Assembly: GCA_015655545.1 (NCBI GenBank)
Contig: JAATET010000031.1
Coordinates: 18,099 to 82,098, forward strand
Direction: 5' to 3'
Source: Chthoniobacterales bacterium
GTDB lineage: Bacteria > Verrucomicrobiota > Verrucomicrobiia > Chthoniobacterales > JAATET01
DNA: 64,000 nucleotides
The position numbers were made by a program, and so were the translations under genes. The notes below the pieces were generated by a model. The model had not been told where the DNA came from. It worked only from the letters and a program-made list of their open reading frames with translations, and did no database searches. This document shows, piece by piece, positions 30,396 to 40,609 of this stretch. Position 1 is the stretch's first letter; each line of letters begins with the position of its first letter.

Positions 30396-30674
30396 AACTA
30401 GTGTTTTCTATTTAAATTGCTGAGTCTTCGCCGCGGATTCCGGTCATCGGATTCGAATCGCCACAGGAAGGGTCATGGCCGAAGCCACTCTGCAAACACT
30501 ACTAGCTAATCTACCTACGCCCAAAGGGGCTCTGCAAGGTGAAGCAAACCACGGATCGGCGAATCCACAAGGGAAATCGTGGAAAGCTTTTCCGGACCCG
30601 CTCCGCAAACTCCGCGCTTGCGCCGGCGAAGTTACGCTTTAGGGATTTCAGGAACGCTTTCGTTTTGATCCATC

Positions 30675-32264
30675 ATGCTTTCTCCTTTCGCTAGAATTCT
30701 TGTCGTTCTCGCGCTGGCAGATGCGGGGGCATTTCGCGCCGGCGCGCAGACAACCCCTCCGCCCGCTCCGCGCGTGGAACCGGGCCTCGAGACGGCGGTA
30801 AAATGGATCTGGAAAGTCGAGCCTTCGCCGCCGGGAAACTGGGGACTTCCCTTGCCGGCGATCCCGGTTCCTCCGACCATGGCGCGGGCGGAATCGCTGC
30901 CCGGAACTTCGACCATTCCCCGGGGGACTGCGGTCGCGCCGGCGGGGTTTTCGGGATCGGCGGGCGCTTATACCGTGAAAAAAGGCGACGCGCTGATTTT
31001 GATCGGCCGGCGATTCCGGGTGCCGGTGGATTTGCTCAAGGAGGTCAACGGTCTCACGACCAGCAATATTCGCGTTGGCCAGGTCTTGCGCATTCCATCG
31101 CCGGAAGAAGTGCGGGCTCGTGCCCCCGCTCCGGCTGTCCTGCCAACCGCCGTCGCCCGCAACCCGGCCGCGCCCGTAAAAAAGACGCCGGCGCCGGCGG
31201 AGAATGACAACCTCGCGCTGCAGGTTTTCCTCGATCGGCAGGGCTTTTCGAGCGGCCCGATCGACGGACAGGACAGCCCGGCGCTTCAAAAAACCGCGCA
31301 GCTTTATCGAGACAGCCACGAAAATGCAAAAGATCCCGCCGTACTTCTCCAGATGGCGCAGGCCGCCGGCGATCCCGTCACCATTTACACGCTCAAGGTG
31401 GAAGACTTTCGATTTATTGCGCCACCTCGCGCGGCAAGGGCGGAAGCCGGAAGCACTCCCGAACCCGCGGGCAAAAAATCCCGGAAAGGTTCGTCCATCG
31501 TGCAGCCGCAGGCGAAGCCGTCTTATCACGACCTGACTTCCGCGATCATGCTGGCTTACCGCACGCCTTGGGAGTTCATCGCCGAGCGCTTCCATTGCGA
31601 CGAGGCCTATCTGCATCATCTCAACGCGCAGCTTCGCGATGTGCCGACCATCGGCACCGAGCTGCGCGTGCCGAACGTGATTCCTTTTGCGATCGAGCGC
31701 GCGCTGGCCGAGCCGCTGCAGCCGCCGGCCGATGCGCAACCATCCGTCACCGCGGCCGTGGTCGATCTCTCGCGGCTGGAAATTTCCCGCGGCGGCGCAT
31801 TGGTCGCGGTGATGCCGCTCTCGATGGCCCGGCCCGGTTTGAAAGGACGCGATCCCTGGGTGATTCGGGATGCCATTCCGCGCCCCTGTCTCGTCACGGA
31901 GCAGGAATTGCGCGTGAAGCCGCAGCCCGCCACCCGCATCTTCGGCCGCGACGACCCCTCCGCCACGCCCCCGCCCACGAAAGTGCACGCCCGCGTGGAG
32001 CAAACCCTCGCCGCCGGCCCGAATAATCCGGTCGGCATCCTTTGGGTCAATCTCGCCAAGGCGGACGGCGCCGAGCCCCTGCCCTATGGATTGCACGGCA
32101 CGAGCATTCCCGACCACATGCGCGCGCAGGAAAGCCTCGGCGGACTGCGCCTGACGAATTGGGATATCGCCCGCGCGGTGCATCTGCTGCCTCCGGGAAC
32201 GAAGCTCGAGTGGAAGCAAAGCGGCCCGATGATGCCCGTTCCCGTCGCGCGCCCCGCCATGTAG
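30675..32264 (+). CDS. L,D-transpeptidase family protein with LysM and PG-binding domains
   Basis: YTVKKGD Lys[32 protein letters not shown]...[12 protein letters not shown] (catalytic His/Cys of SHGC appear replaced by SLGG). Confidence 0.82.
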   Translation: MLSPFARILVVLALADAGAFRAGAQTTPPPAPRVEPGLETAVKWIWKVEPSPPGNWGLPLPAIPVPPTMARAESLPGTSTIPRGTAVAPAGFSGSAGAYTVKKGDALILIGRRFRVPVDLLKEVNGLTTSNIRVGQVLRIPSPEEVRARAPAPAVLPTAVARNPAAPVKKTPAPAENDNLALQVFLDRQGFSSGPIDGQDSPALQKTAQLYRDSHENAKDPAVLLQMAQAAGDPVTIYTLKVEDFRFIAPPRAARAEAGSTPEPAGKKSRKGSSIVQPQAKPSYHDLTSAIMLAYRTPWEFIAERFHCDEAYLHHLNAQLRDVPTIGTELRVPNVIPFAIERALAEPLQPPADAQPSVTAAVVDLSRLEISRGGALVAVMPLSMARPGLKGRDPWVIRDAIPRPCLVTEQELRVKPQPATRIFGRDDPSATPPPTKVHARVEQTLAAGPNNPVGILWVNLAKADGAEPLPYGLHGTSIPDHMRAQESLGGLRLTNWDIARAVHLLPPGTKLEWKQSGPMMPVPVARPAM

Positions 32265-32318
32265 CGGCGAGAGCAAAGGTTGCTATCTCGGGAAACTGGC
32301 GCATGGTAGCGCCCCCGC

Positions 32319-32579
32319 ATGCAGCATTATCAATCCCTGGGCCTTAAATTCGACGCGACCCGGGACGAAATAAAATCCGCTTACCGCCGTCTCGCGGGCG
32401 TGCATCACCCCGACCGTGGCGGCTCGCCGGAAGTTTTCCACCGCATCCAGGCCGCCTACGAAGTGATCGGCGATGCAAAGAGCCGCCGGGAATACGATGT
32501 GACGTGGAGCAGGAAACCGGTGACCTCGGTGCGCGAGACCGCCCGCGAACTCGCGGCAGACTATTTCGACAAGTGTTGA
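32319..32579 (+). CDS. small J-domain co-chaperone (AtcJ-like)
   Basis: HYQSLGL...AYRRLA..HHPDRGG...AYEVI...RREYD plus a ~25-aa C-terminal helix. Confidence 0.85.
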   Translation: MQHYQSLGLKFDATRDEIKSAYRRLAGVHHPDRGGSPEVFHRIQAAYEVIGDAKSRREYDVTWSRKPVTSVRETARELAADYFDKC

Positions 32580-32590
32580 GGAAAAATTTG

Positions 32591-33070
32591 ATGACCAATA
32601 TAACCGCCGGCGTTCAGGAAGAGTTCAACGAGCAGGTCCAATCCGTCTACCGGCGGACCAAGGGCCGGCTGGAGGGGGAGCGGGAATTGATCAGCCAAGG
32701 CGACGCGCTGCTCGGCCAAATCGAGTCGCTCGCGGAAAGCCCCCAGGAATTCCAAGTCTACATCGGCCTCGCGTTTCACCGCCGGCTGCTCTTCGAGAAA
32801 AAAGCGATGCTCGAGCGGCTCATCGTCTCCGCCCCCTGCCCGACGACCGTGCTGGAAAGTCTCAAGACCCACAAAATGGTGCGCGTCGCCGCGTCCGCGA
32901 AAACCGCGTGGGACGGACTCTGGGACAAGCAGCCGCAGGCCATGTGGGATGCCGTGATTCTCAACGCCCGCGAACAAATCAAGGCGGCCCGGGCAGCGGA
33001 AGCCGCGACTGAGGAAACCGAGTCCGACGAGGACGAAGCAGACGAGGACATCGATAATGACAACGACTGA
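32591..33070 (+). CDS. hypothetical protein (AtcA-like)
   Basis: Helical 159-aa protein with acidic tail; second gene of the J-domain operon. Confidence 0.65.
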   Translation: MTNITAGVQEEFNEQVQSVYRRTKGRLEGERELISQGDALLGQIESLAESPQEFQVYIGLAFHRRLLFEKKAMLERLIVSAPCPTTVLESLKTHKMVRVAASAKTAWDGLWDKQPQAMWDAVILNAREQIKAARAAEAATEETESDEDEADEDIDNDND

Positions 33071-33752
33071 AAATCCCCAAACCGCACTCGTGCGCGCAGC
33101 TTTGGCAAGCGGCGCCTCCGCCGGCGAACACAGCCTGCTGGCCCTCGCCAGGGACACCGACGACACGCAGCTCGCGGTGATCGTGGGCGAACTTCCCGCC
33201 GCCGACATTCTGGCTCTCGCGCTGGAAGCGGACATCACGAAGGTCTCGATGGTGCACCTCTTCGCCACGCCCGAGCAGATGCTTGCGGCCTTCGAGCGCA
33301 TCGGCTCGCACTGGAGCCAGCTCGCGAAAGTCCCGAGCGCCGAGGACTATTTGATCCGCCGGCAGGACATCGAGGACTTTCTCTGCCCGATGATGTTCGG
33401 CACCAACGACGCGGTTCGTGCGAAAGAAATGATGAAAGCCTTCCTCACGAAGGAATACGCCGTGGACGCGCTCTATTTTCTCGGCATCGGCCAGAACGGC
33501 CGCGAACAACTCCTCACCCAGGCCGCCACCGCCCCCTTTGCCCGCGACAGCTGGCAGCAGCTTTGGGAAATCGCCTTCGAGCTCCAGCCGCGCGCCCGCA
33601 AGACGATGCGTTCGCATTACGACGGCACGCTCGAAAGCACCAGGGACGTCGATGGCATGTTCGCCCGCGACATTTTGAACGAGCTCCAGCGCGTCGCCGC
33701 CTCGCACCAGCCCGAGCAGATCGAGGCCGAAGACGAGTTCGTGGATATCTAG
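33057..33752 (+). CDS. hypothetical protein (AtcB-like)
   Basis: ELPAADILAL...DITKVSMVHLFATPEQ; acidic end; overlaps the previous gene. Confidence 0.65.
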   Translation: MTTTENPQTALVRAALASGASAGEHSLLALARDTDDTQLAVIVGELPAADILALALEADITKVSMVHLFATPEQMLAAFERIGSHWSQLAKVPSAEDYLIRRQDIEDFLCPMMFGTNDAVRAKEMMKAFLTKEYAVDALYFLGIGQNGREQLLTQAATAPFARDSWQQLWEIAFELQPRARKTMRSHYDGTLESTRDVDGMFARDILNELQRVAASHQPEQIEAEDEFVDI

Positions 33753-33755
33753 CCG

Positions 33756-34556
33756 ATGCTTCTCGCGACCACGGATGACCGCGATCCTTTGACCGCGGCG
33801 ATCGCTGCGGCGAAACGGGCCGGCCACGCGGATTGCGCGAAATGGCAGGAAGACCTCACGGTCATGACCGCCGAGCTGTCGTCGAAATTCTTCGGCACGC
33901 GCAGCGTCGAGATGATCCGCTCCGGCCTCGCAATGTCCGTGAAGCTTCTCGGCATGGGCCTGCTCGAGCACAGCAAAGGCGCGCCGGATGTCGATCTCTG
34001 GCTGCAGTCGCTCGAACGACTCGGCATCAAAGGCGTGACCTCCACCGCCATCGAGCGAATCAAAATCGTCGCCACGCTGCCGGAGTCTCCCGTGCTCAAG
34101 GGCCTCGAAGAAACCGAGCCGCGCACGCTGCTCCTGCTCTGCACGTCCTGCACCGACGCCAGGGAGGCCTGGCTCTGGCTCGAGGACCACGCGCAGTGCC
34201 GCCGGGAATATTTAAGCTCCATCCGCCTCGCCAAATGGCTGCTCGCGCAGACGCCCAGCGGCCGGGTGAAGGATCGCAATCTCCGCCACTCCGACGACGG
34301 CACCGACATGCTGCTCAGCGACGAAGTCATCGACGAAGTCATGGCCAATATCTGCGGCCTGCCGCGCAGCCTCGACGACATCGGCGTCGTCGAGCCGTGC
34401 AAGCTCGCACCTGTAAAATATCGCGAAGCCCGCGAAGCCTACGACGCTCTCGTGGCACGCCTCGACGCCGGCCTCCGGAAAGCTTTGCTCTTCGATGGCA
34501 AGCCCTGGTTCGACCGCTACGTTTTGCAAAGCAAGGCGGCCAAAGCCGTCCGGTGA
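33756..34556 (+). CDS. hypothetical protein (AtcC-like)
   Basis: DDRDPLTAA...KFFGT; 3-nt gap from the previous gene. Confidence 0.6.
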   Translation: MLLATTDDRDPLTAAIAAAKRAGHADCAKWQEDLTVMTAELSSKFFGTRSVEMIRSGLAMSVKLLGMGLLEHSKGAPDVDLWLQSLERLGIKGVTSTAIERIKIVATLPESPVLKGLEETEPRTLLLLCTSCTDAREAWLWLEDHAQCRREYLSSIRLAKWLLAQTPSGRVKDRNLRHSDDGTDMLLSDEVIDEVMANICGLPRSLDDIGVVEPCKLAPVKYREAREAYDALVARLDAGLRKALLFDGKPWFDRYVLQSKAAKAVR

Positions 34557-34591
34557 ACGCCGGACGAAAGCCAGCCATCACAGAACCGCTG

Positions 34592-35014
34592 CTATTTCTC
34601 GGGGACAAACGGGTTTACGACCCGCACGCCGCCGTAGTCCTGACCGTGGCTGAGATCTTCGGAGTAGATGACCTGCGCGGACAGCTCATGGGCGGCAGCG
34701 ATGATCGCGGCGTCCCAGTAAGAAATCTGGAATCGTGAATGAAGCTGAAAAGCCGCTTGCACGAGCTCGCCGGAAATCGGAACGACGGGATATTCCATCA
34801 AGATAGATAGCGTTTCTCCCGCTTCTTTCGCCGTGATGCCGAGGCGTTTTTTGGCAAACGCGACCGCGATGAATTCCTGCAGAACCTGGGCGGAAATTCC
34901 GATGTCTTCGGCCTCGATAATCTTGCGCGCGACTTCCCGTTTCGTGGCGTCTTCGGGAGCTTTCGAGCCGGCGTAAAGAAACAGATTAGTGTCTGCGAAG
35001 CACCGGGCGGTCAT
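34592..35014 (-). CDS. vapC: PIN-domain toxin VapC
   Basis: FADTNLFLY, SAQVLQEF, SYWDAAIIAAA, YSEDL, VVNPF. Confidence 0.92.
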   Translation of the reverse strand: MTARCFADTNLFLYAGSKAPEDATKREVARKIIEAEDIGISAQVLQEFIAVAFAKKRLGITAKEAGETLSILMEYPVVPISGELVQAAFQLHSRFQISYWDAAIIAAAHELSAQVIYSEDLSHGQDYGGVRVVNPFVPEK

Positions 35015-35234
35015 AGATTTCTTCGCGCTGCAACGGGCCGACGGATACGGTATTGCGTCCGTTATCCAGGGTGGCCAGCAAACGCTCGGCGCGATTATTC
35101 GCCTTGGCTGTTTCCGTATCCGTCACGATCTGCAGGCCCGCGATGACCAGCTCTTTCAACGTCGTGCGTCGTTGTGCGGCCACCACCTTGGCGCGGTAAA
35201 GCACTTCTTCAGGCAGATCAATGGTGGTTTTCAT
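34986..35234 (-). CDS. vapB: VapB-type antitoxin (ribbon-helix-helix)
   Basis: MKTTIDLPEE..RAKV.AA....TLKELV; REEIYDR end; overlaps vapC. Confidence 0.85.
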   Translation of the reverse strand: MKTTIDLPEEVLYRAKVVAAQRRTTLKELVIAGLQIVTDTETAKANNRAERLLATLDNGRNTVSVGPLQREEIYDRPVLRRH

Positions 35235-35294
35235 ATGGCCATATATACAGCTATAAGGCTGCGGCGTCAATTTTACAGAAGAACTTGATGAAAA

Positions 35295-37136
35295 TTACTT
35301 TGCCACCAGCTGCTCGAGCAGCGAGTTGATGCGCTTGAGCATCGCGTTCGGGTCCTCGAGCAGGCCGGCGCTGATGAGGGCGTTGTCGAAGACCTGCTCG
35401 GCGACTTGCTTGGCGAGTTCGGGATTCGTCTGCCGCGCCGCTTCGAGACCCGCCATCATCGGATGCGCGGGATTGATCTCGAGGTTTTGCTTGAACGGAT
35501 TCGCTTCGCCGCGATTCAGATTTTTGAGGATGCGCCGCATGCTCGAGGTCATGTGCTTGTCGCTTTCGACCACGACGGCAGGGCTGTCCACGAGGCGTGA
35601 GGAAATCCCGACTTCGTCCACCTTGTCGCCGAGGCTTTCCTTGATGAAGTTGCAGAGCAGCCGCGCCGCGTCGTCGTCGAGTTTGCTCTCGGCTTTATCG
35701 AGCGCGATTTCGGCTTTTTCGGCGGCGATGAGCTTCTTGCCGTCGAATTCCTGCAGGTGATCCATGACGAATTCATCCCAAGGGTCGAAAAGGAACAGCA
35801 CTTCGTAGTTCTTGGCCTGGAGGCCTTCGTAATACGGGCTGGCCAGGCAGGCCTCGCGGCTCGACCCCGAGATGAAATAAATATCCTTCTGCTCCTCGGG
35901 CATGCGCGAGACATAATCGGCGATCGCGGCGGGAGTCTCGGAAGCCGAGGTCTCGTAGCGCAGCAATTTGGCGAGCGCCTCGCGGTGCGTGTAATCGCTG
36001 ACGATGCCTTCCTTGAGGAAGTGGCCGAACTCCTTGAAGAACTCCGCGTATTTCTCCGCGTCGCCCTTCGCTTCCTCGTCGAGGAATTTGAGGAATTTCG
36101 TGCTCAGCACCTTGTTGAGTTTCTGCATCAACGCGGAATCCTGCATCGTCTCGCGCGAGATGTTCAACGGCAGGTCTTCGCTGTCGACGACCCCTTTGAG
36201 GAAGCGCAGCCATTCCGGGAAAAGTCCCTTGGATTTCGACTGGATGAGGATCTTGCGGCAGTAGAGATGCACCTCGGATTCGGTCTTCGGCATGCCGAGC
36301 TTTTCGCGGCTGTGCTTCGGGACGAAGAGCAAGGCCTTGATGTCGATCGGCGCGTCGGCGCTGAAATGCAGGCGGTAGAGCGGCGCGTCGATGTCGTGAC
36401 CGATGAACTTGTAGAATTCCTCGTATTCCGTGTCGGTGACCTCGGATTTGCCGCGCGTCCAGATGGCGTTGATCGTATTGACGGCGGTGCCGTTGAGCTC
36501 GATGGGCGCGCCGACGAAATTCGAGTAGCGCTTGATGACGGATTCGACGCGGTGGGCGTTGGCGTATTCCTGGTCCGCCTCGGTGAGCTGGATGACGATT
36601 TTCGTGCCGCGCGGCAGATCGGCGGCGGGCTCGATCTCGTAGCTGCTGACGCCGTCGGACGTCCAGCTCCAGCCGCTCTCCGCGGGTTGATAGCTGCGCG
36701 TGTGGACCGAGACCTTCGAGGCGACCATGAACGCGGAATAAAAACCGACGCCGAACTGGCCGATGATCTCGGCGGCGCCAGTGCCGCCCTTTGCCGCGGC
36801 GGTCTGCTTGATCTGCTCGAGGAAGGCCTTCGACCCGGAGTGCGCGATCGTGCCGAGATTTTCGATGAGCTCGGCATGCGTCATGCCGATGCCGGAGTCG
36901 GCGATGGTGATGGTTTTGGCTTCCTCGTCGGTATGGACGGTGATCGCGAGGGGGCGCTCGGGCTCGAAGATTTCCGTGCCCGAGGTTTGGAGAAATTTCA
37001 GCTTCTCGCTGGCGTCGGCGGCATTCGAGATGAGCTCGCGAATGAAGATTTCCTTATCCGTGTAGAGGGAGTGGATGACGATGTTGAGGAGCTGGGCGAT
37101 CTCGGCCTGGAACTCGTGTTTTTCGGGTGTGCTCAT
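35295..37136 (-). CDS. htpG: molecular chaperone HtpG (Hsp90)
   Basis: FIRELISNAADA, DSGIGMT, NLGTIAHSG, IGQFGVGFYSAF, DLPLNISRE. Confidence 0.97.
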   Translation of the reverse strand: MSTPEKHEFQAEIAQLLNIVIHSLYTDKEIFIRELISNAADASEKLKFLQTSGTEIFEPERPLAITVHTDEEAKTITIADSGIGMTHAELIENLGTIAHSGSKAFLEQIKQTAAAKGGTGAAEIIGQFGVGFYSAFMVASKVSVHTRSYQPAESGWSWTSDGVSSYEIEPAADLPRGTKIVIQLTEADQEYANAHRVESVIKRYSNFVGAPIELNGTAVNTINAIWTRGKSEVTDTEYEEFYKFIGHDIDAPLYRLHFSADAPIDIKALLFVPKHSREKLGMPKTESEVHLYCRKILIQSKSKGLFPEWLRFLKGVVDSEDLPLNISRETMQDSALMQKLNKVLSTKFLKFLDEEAKGDAEKYAEFFKEFGHFLKEGIVSDYTHREALAKLLRYETSASETPAAIADYVSRMPEEQKDIYFISGSSREACLASPYYEGLQAKNYEVLFLFDPWDEFVMDHLQEFDGKKLIAAEKAEIALDKAESKLDDDAARLLCNFIKESLGDKVDEVGISSRLVDSPAVVVESDKHMTSSMRRILKNLNRGEANPFKQNLEINPAHPMMAGLEAARQTNPELAKQVAEQVFDNALISAGLLEDPNAMLKRINSLLEQLVAK

Positions 37137-37234
37137 AGGAAAATCGATGGGGCGGAAACCATAGCGGGCACGCGGTCGTGTCGAAAGATTTAATCGATTG
37201 ACGGAGCGGCGGCGGCCGCGCGGTATGGCGGGCG

Positions 37235-38263
37235 ATGGAGATCAAAATCACGGCGGCGGATTGGCGGCGGCTGCGCGCGCTGCGCGACCGATTCCTGGGC
37301 GACGCGAGTGAGGAATATTGGACGGAACGCGATCTCGAGCTTTACGACGCCACTTTTGCCCGGCGGATCGGCTGGAAATGGGAAGGGGTGCTGGAGAGCC
37401 TGACCCGCGCGCATTGGAAGCCGGCGTCGACGCGGATTCTCGACTGGGGCTGCGGGACCGGCATCGCCGCCCGCGCGGTGGCGGCGTGGAGCGGGATTGG
37501 GGACGCGGAGGTGTTCGATCAATCCGCGCTGGCCGCCGCCTTCGCGAGGGAAAGCCTGCAACAACGAGGCGTGCGCGCGCAGCGGAAAAACGGGGAAGGG
37601 CCGGTCGAGCCGGGCACGCTGCTGCTGCTCAGCCACGTCGCCGGCGAACTGAAGGACGAGGAGTTGACCCGCCTCGCCCAAATGGCCGCGACGGCGGAGG
37701 AGGTGATCTGGGTGGAGCCGGGCTCCCGCGAGATCAGCAGGCGGCTCGGGGCGGCGAGAGAGATTTTACGCGCGGCGGGGCATCGATTCGCCGCGCCCTG
37801 CACGCACGATCGAGCTTGCCCCATGCTCGCGCCGGAGAACGAGCGGCACTGGTGCCATTTCTTCGCGCGTCCGCCGACGGAAGTTTTCCAATCGCCGTTC
37901 TGGCGCGAGTTTTCCACGCGGCTCGAGATCGACCTGCGCAGCCTGCCCTACAGTTTTCTCGCCGCTTCGCGCCGGGAAATTCCCGCATGGCCGGCGGACG
38001 CGGAGCGGTTGATCGGGCGGCCGCGAGAGTTGAAGGCGCACGCCGAGTTATTCTGCTGCGGAGCGGATGGCTTGCACGAACGCATGCTCCAAAAACGCGA
38101 CGAGCCCCGGCTCCATCGCCGCGTTACCAAAAAAGGGTTGGACGGGGTGTTTGCGTGGAATTTGGATTCCGGGAAACCCGATCGCGTCCTCCGGGGGCGG
38201 CTCGTGGACGGCGATGATCCCGCGGGGCGGGATTACTTGAACGGCACGGGCGAGATCTCGTAG
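37235..38263 (+). CDS. Rsm22/METTL17-like SAM-dependent methyltransferase
   Basis: LDWGCGTG, VEPGS, APCTHDRACPM, WCHF, YSFL. Confidence 0.8.
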   Translation: MEIKITAADWRRLRALRDRFLGDASEEYWTERDLELYDATFARRIGWKWEGVLESLTRAHWKPASTRILDWGCGTGIAARAVAAWSGIGDAEVFDQSALAAAFARESLQQRGVRAQRKNGEGPVEPGTLLLLSHVAGELKDEELTRLAQMAATAEEVIWVEPGSREISRRLGAAREILRAAGHRFAAPCTHDRACPMLAPENERHWCHFFARPPTEVFQSPFWREFSTRLEIDLRSLPYSFLAASRREIPAWPADAERLIGRPRELKAHAELFCCGADGLHERMLQKRDEPRLHRRVTKKGLDGVFAWNLDSGKPDRVLRGRLVDGDDPAGRDYLNGTGEIS

Positions 38264-39864
38264 TCGGGATTCTTGGTTTCGAAATAGCCGAGCGACCACG
38301 CGTTCGTGAGCAGGGCGAGATCGAGGCCGTTTGCGTCCTTCGCCTGTTTCGCTCCGGTGGGCAAGGTCAGCTCGGGGGTGCCGGTGGAGCCGTCCTTCGC
38401 GCGCACCCAGCGGACCACGCTCCAGGGGGCGGTCTCGATGCGGCAGAGCGCGCCGTATTCGGACTCGAGGCGGTATTGGAGCACTTCAAACTGCAAGGGG
38501 CCGACCGCGCCGAGCAGGGGCGTGCGCGTGAGGGAATCGTTCAATTCGAAGGCCTGCGCGACGCCTTCGCGGAGCAGCTGGTCGAGGCCTTCGCGGAAGC
38601 GTTTTCCGGTCGCGGTGCTGGAGCTGTGGATCTGGGCGAAGCACTCGGGCACGAAGCGCGGGAGCTCGTCGAAGCGGACCGAGGGATTCTCCGCGAGCGT
38701 GTCGCCGATCTGGAAATCCTGGTTGCCGACGATGCCGACGACATCGCCCGCCCACGCGGTGTCCACGGTCTCGCGATCCTGCGCGAAGAGCCGCTGGGAG
38801 TTCGACAGGCGCACGGGTTTTCCGGCCCGCGGATGCTGCACGACCATGTCGCGCTGAAATGCGCCGGAGACGATGCGGATGAAGGCCACGCGGTCGCGGT
38901 GTTTCGGATTCATGTTGGCCTGAATCTTGAAGACAAATCCGGAAAATCCCGGGTCGAGCGGAGAGACCACGCCCGTCCGGCTTTCCCGCGGCGTCGGGGC
39001 CGGAGCGAGGGAAAGAAACCGGTCGAGCAGCAGCTGCACGCCGAAGTTGTTCATGGCGCTGCCGAAGAAAACGGGCGTGAGCCGGCCGGCGCGGATTTCG
39101 TCCAGATCGAAGGCCGCGCCCGCGCCGTCGAGGAGATCGAGCTCGTCGCGGAATTGCGCGTAGACGTCCGGCGCCATCGCTGCCTTCACGAGCGGATCGT
39201 CCACGCCGCCGACCTGCTCGGGCGCGCGGTAGGCGCCGCGGGGCGTTCGCTCGAAGAGATGCACCTCGCTGGACTGGCGGTCGTAAATGCCGCGAAAATC
39301 CGTGCCGCTGCCGAGCGGCCAATTGATCGGCATCGCGTGAATGCCGAGGACGTTTTCGAGCTCGTCGAGCAGGTCGAGAGGCGGCTTCGCGGGCCGGTCG
39401 AGCTTGTTCATGAAGGTGAAAATCGGCACGCCGCGCTGGCGGCAGACTTCGAAGAGCTTGCGCGTCTGCGCCTCGATGCCCTTCGCGGCATCCACGACCA
39501 TCACGGCCGCATCCACGGCGGTGAGCACGCGATAGGTGTCCTCGGAGAAATCCTTGTGGCCGGGCGTGTCGAGGAGGTTGACGACGCAGCCGCCGTATTC
39601 GAATTGCAGCACGGTCGAGGAAATCGAAATGCCGCGCTGGCGCTCGAGCTCCATCCAGTCGCTCGTCGTCGCGCGCTGGTCCTTGCGCGCGGTCACGCTG
39701 CCGGCGAGCTGGAGCGCGCCGCCGTAGAGCAGGAATTTTTCGGTGAGCGTGGTCTTGCCGGCGTCGGGGTGCGAGATGATGGCAAACGTGCGACGGCGGG
39801 CGATCTCGCGGGCGGCCTGCTCCGAAGGCGCGATGGTGGCGGATGGATTTTCCAAAACGGGCAT
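38233..39864 (-). CDS. prfC: peptide chain release factor 3
   Basis: RRRTFAIISHPDAGKTTLTEK, SDWMELERQRGIS, DTPGHKDFSEDTYR, FKIQANMNPKHRDR. Confidence 0.97.
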   Translation of the reverse strand: MPVLENPSATIAPSEQAAREIARRRTFAIISHPDAGKTTLTEKFLLYGGALQLAGSVTARKDQRATTSDWMELERQRGISISSTVLQFEYGGCVVNLLDTPGHKDFSEDTYRVLTAVDAAVMVVDAAKGIEAQTRKLFEVCRQRGVPIFTFMNKLDRPAKPPLDLLDELENVLGIHAMPINWPLGSGTDFRGIYDRQSSEVHLFERTPRGAYRAPEQVGGVDDPLVKAAMAPDVYAQFRDELDLLDGAGAAFDLDEIRAGRLTPVFFGSAMNNFGVQLLLDRFLSLAPAPTPRESRTGVVSPLDPGFSGFVFKIQANMNPKHRDRVAFIRIVSGAFQRDMVVQHPRAGKPVRLSNSQRLFAQDRETVDTAWAGDVVGIVGNQDFQIGDTLAENPSVRFDELPRFVPECFAQIHSSSTATGKRFREGLDQLLREGVAQAFELNDSLTRTPLLGAVGPLQFEVLQYRLESEYGALCRIETAPWSVVRWVRAKDGSTGTPELTLPTGAKQAKDANGLDLALLTNAWSLGYFETKNPDYEISPVPFK

Positions 39865-39877
39865 GAGAATGATCGAA

Positions 39878-40609
39878 CTATTCCGTTTGCGCCAGCCGCG
39901 CGACATAGACGGTGCTCGCGGACTCGCGGTCCTGCAGCGGATTGTCGAACGTCACGATGCGGCTTGCGGAAGCGGCGAAAACGGCGGCGAGTTTTTCCAG
40001 GAACGTCGCGTCGGGCGGATCGTCGGACCACAGGGCAAAGACGCCGCCGGGTTTGAGCTGCGCGGCGAGGCGGCGCAGGCCTTCGAGCTCGTAGAACGAA
40101 CCATGCCGCGCGTGCAGGAGGTGGTCTGGGGAGTGATCGATGTCCAGCAGCACGGCGTCGAATCTGCGGCCGGGTTGCGCGGAATCGAATCCTTCCTCGG
40201 GGTTGTCCGCGAGCGCGAAGAAGTCGCCGTTCACGAAGCGGCAGCGGGGATCGGAGGTCAGCTTCGGGCCGAGTGGGAGCAGGCCGCGGCGATGCCAGTC
40301 GATGACGGCGTCGAGGGCATCGACGACGAGCAGCGAGCGGACGGCGGGATTTTGCAATGCGGCGTGGGCGGTGCAGCCGAGCCCGAGGCCGCCGACCACG
40401 ACATCCAGCTCGTGGGATTCGAGCCCGGCGAGGCCGATTTCCGCGAGCGCTTCTTCGACGCGCGTGAAGAGGCTCGACATGAGGAACGCCTCGCCGAGCT
40501 TGATCTCGAAAACATCGAGGTCGCCGAGCGAGGGCACGCGCCGGCGGCGCAGGCTGAGGTCGCCGAGCGGCGTGGGGCGAAAGTCCAGCTCCTCGAATTG
40601 CATGCTCAT
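39878..40609 (-). CDS. spermidine-synthase-like SAM-binding protein
   Basis: FLMSS, VVVGGLGLG, DAVLLDIDHSP, LKPGGVFALWS. Confidence 0.85.
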   Translation of the reverse strand: MSMQFEELDFRPTPLGDLSLRRRRVPSLGDLDVFEIKLGEAFLMSSLFTRVEEALAEIGLAGLESHELDVVVGGLGLGCTAHAALQNPAVRSLLVVDALDAVIDWHRRGLLPLGPKLTSDPRCRFVNGDFFALADNPEEGFDSAQPGRRFDAVLLDIDHSPDHLLHARHGSFYELEGLRRLAAQLKPGGVFALWSDDPPDATFLEKLAAVFAASASRIVTFDNPLQDRESASTVYVARLAQTE

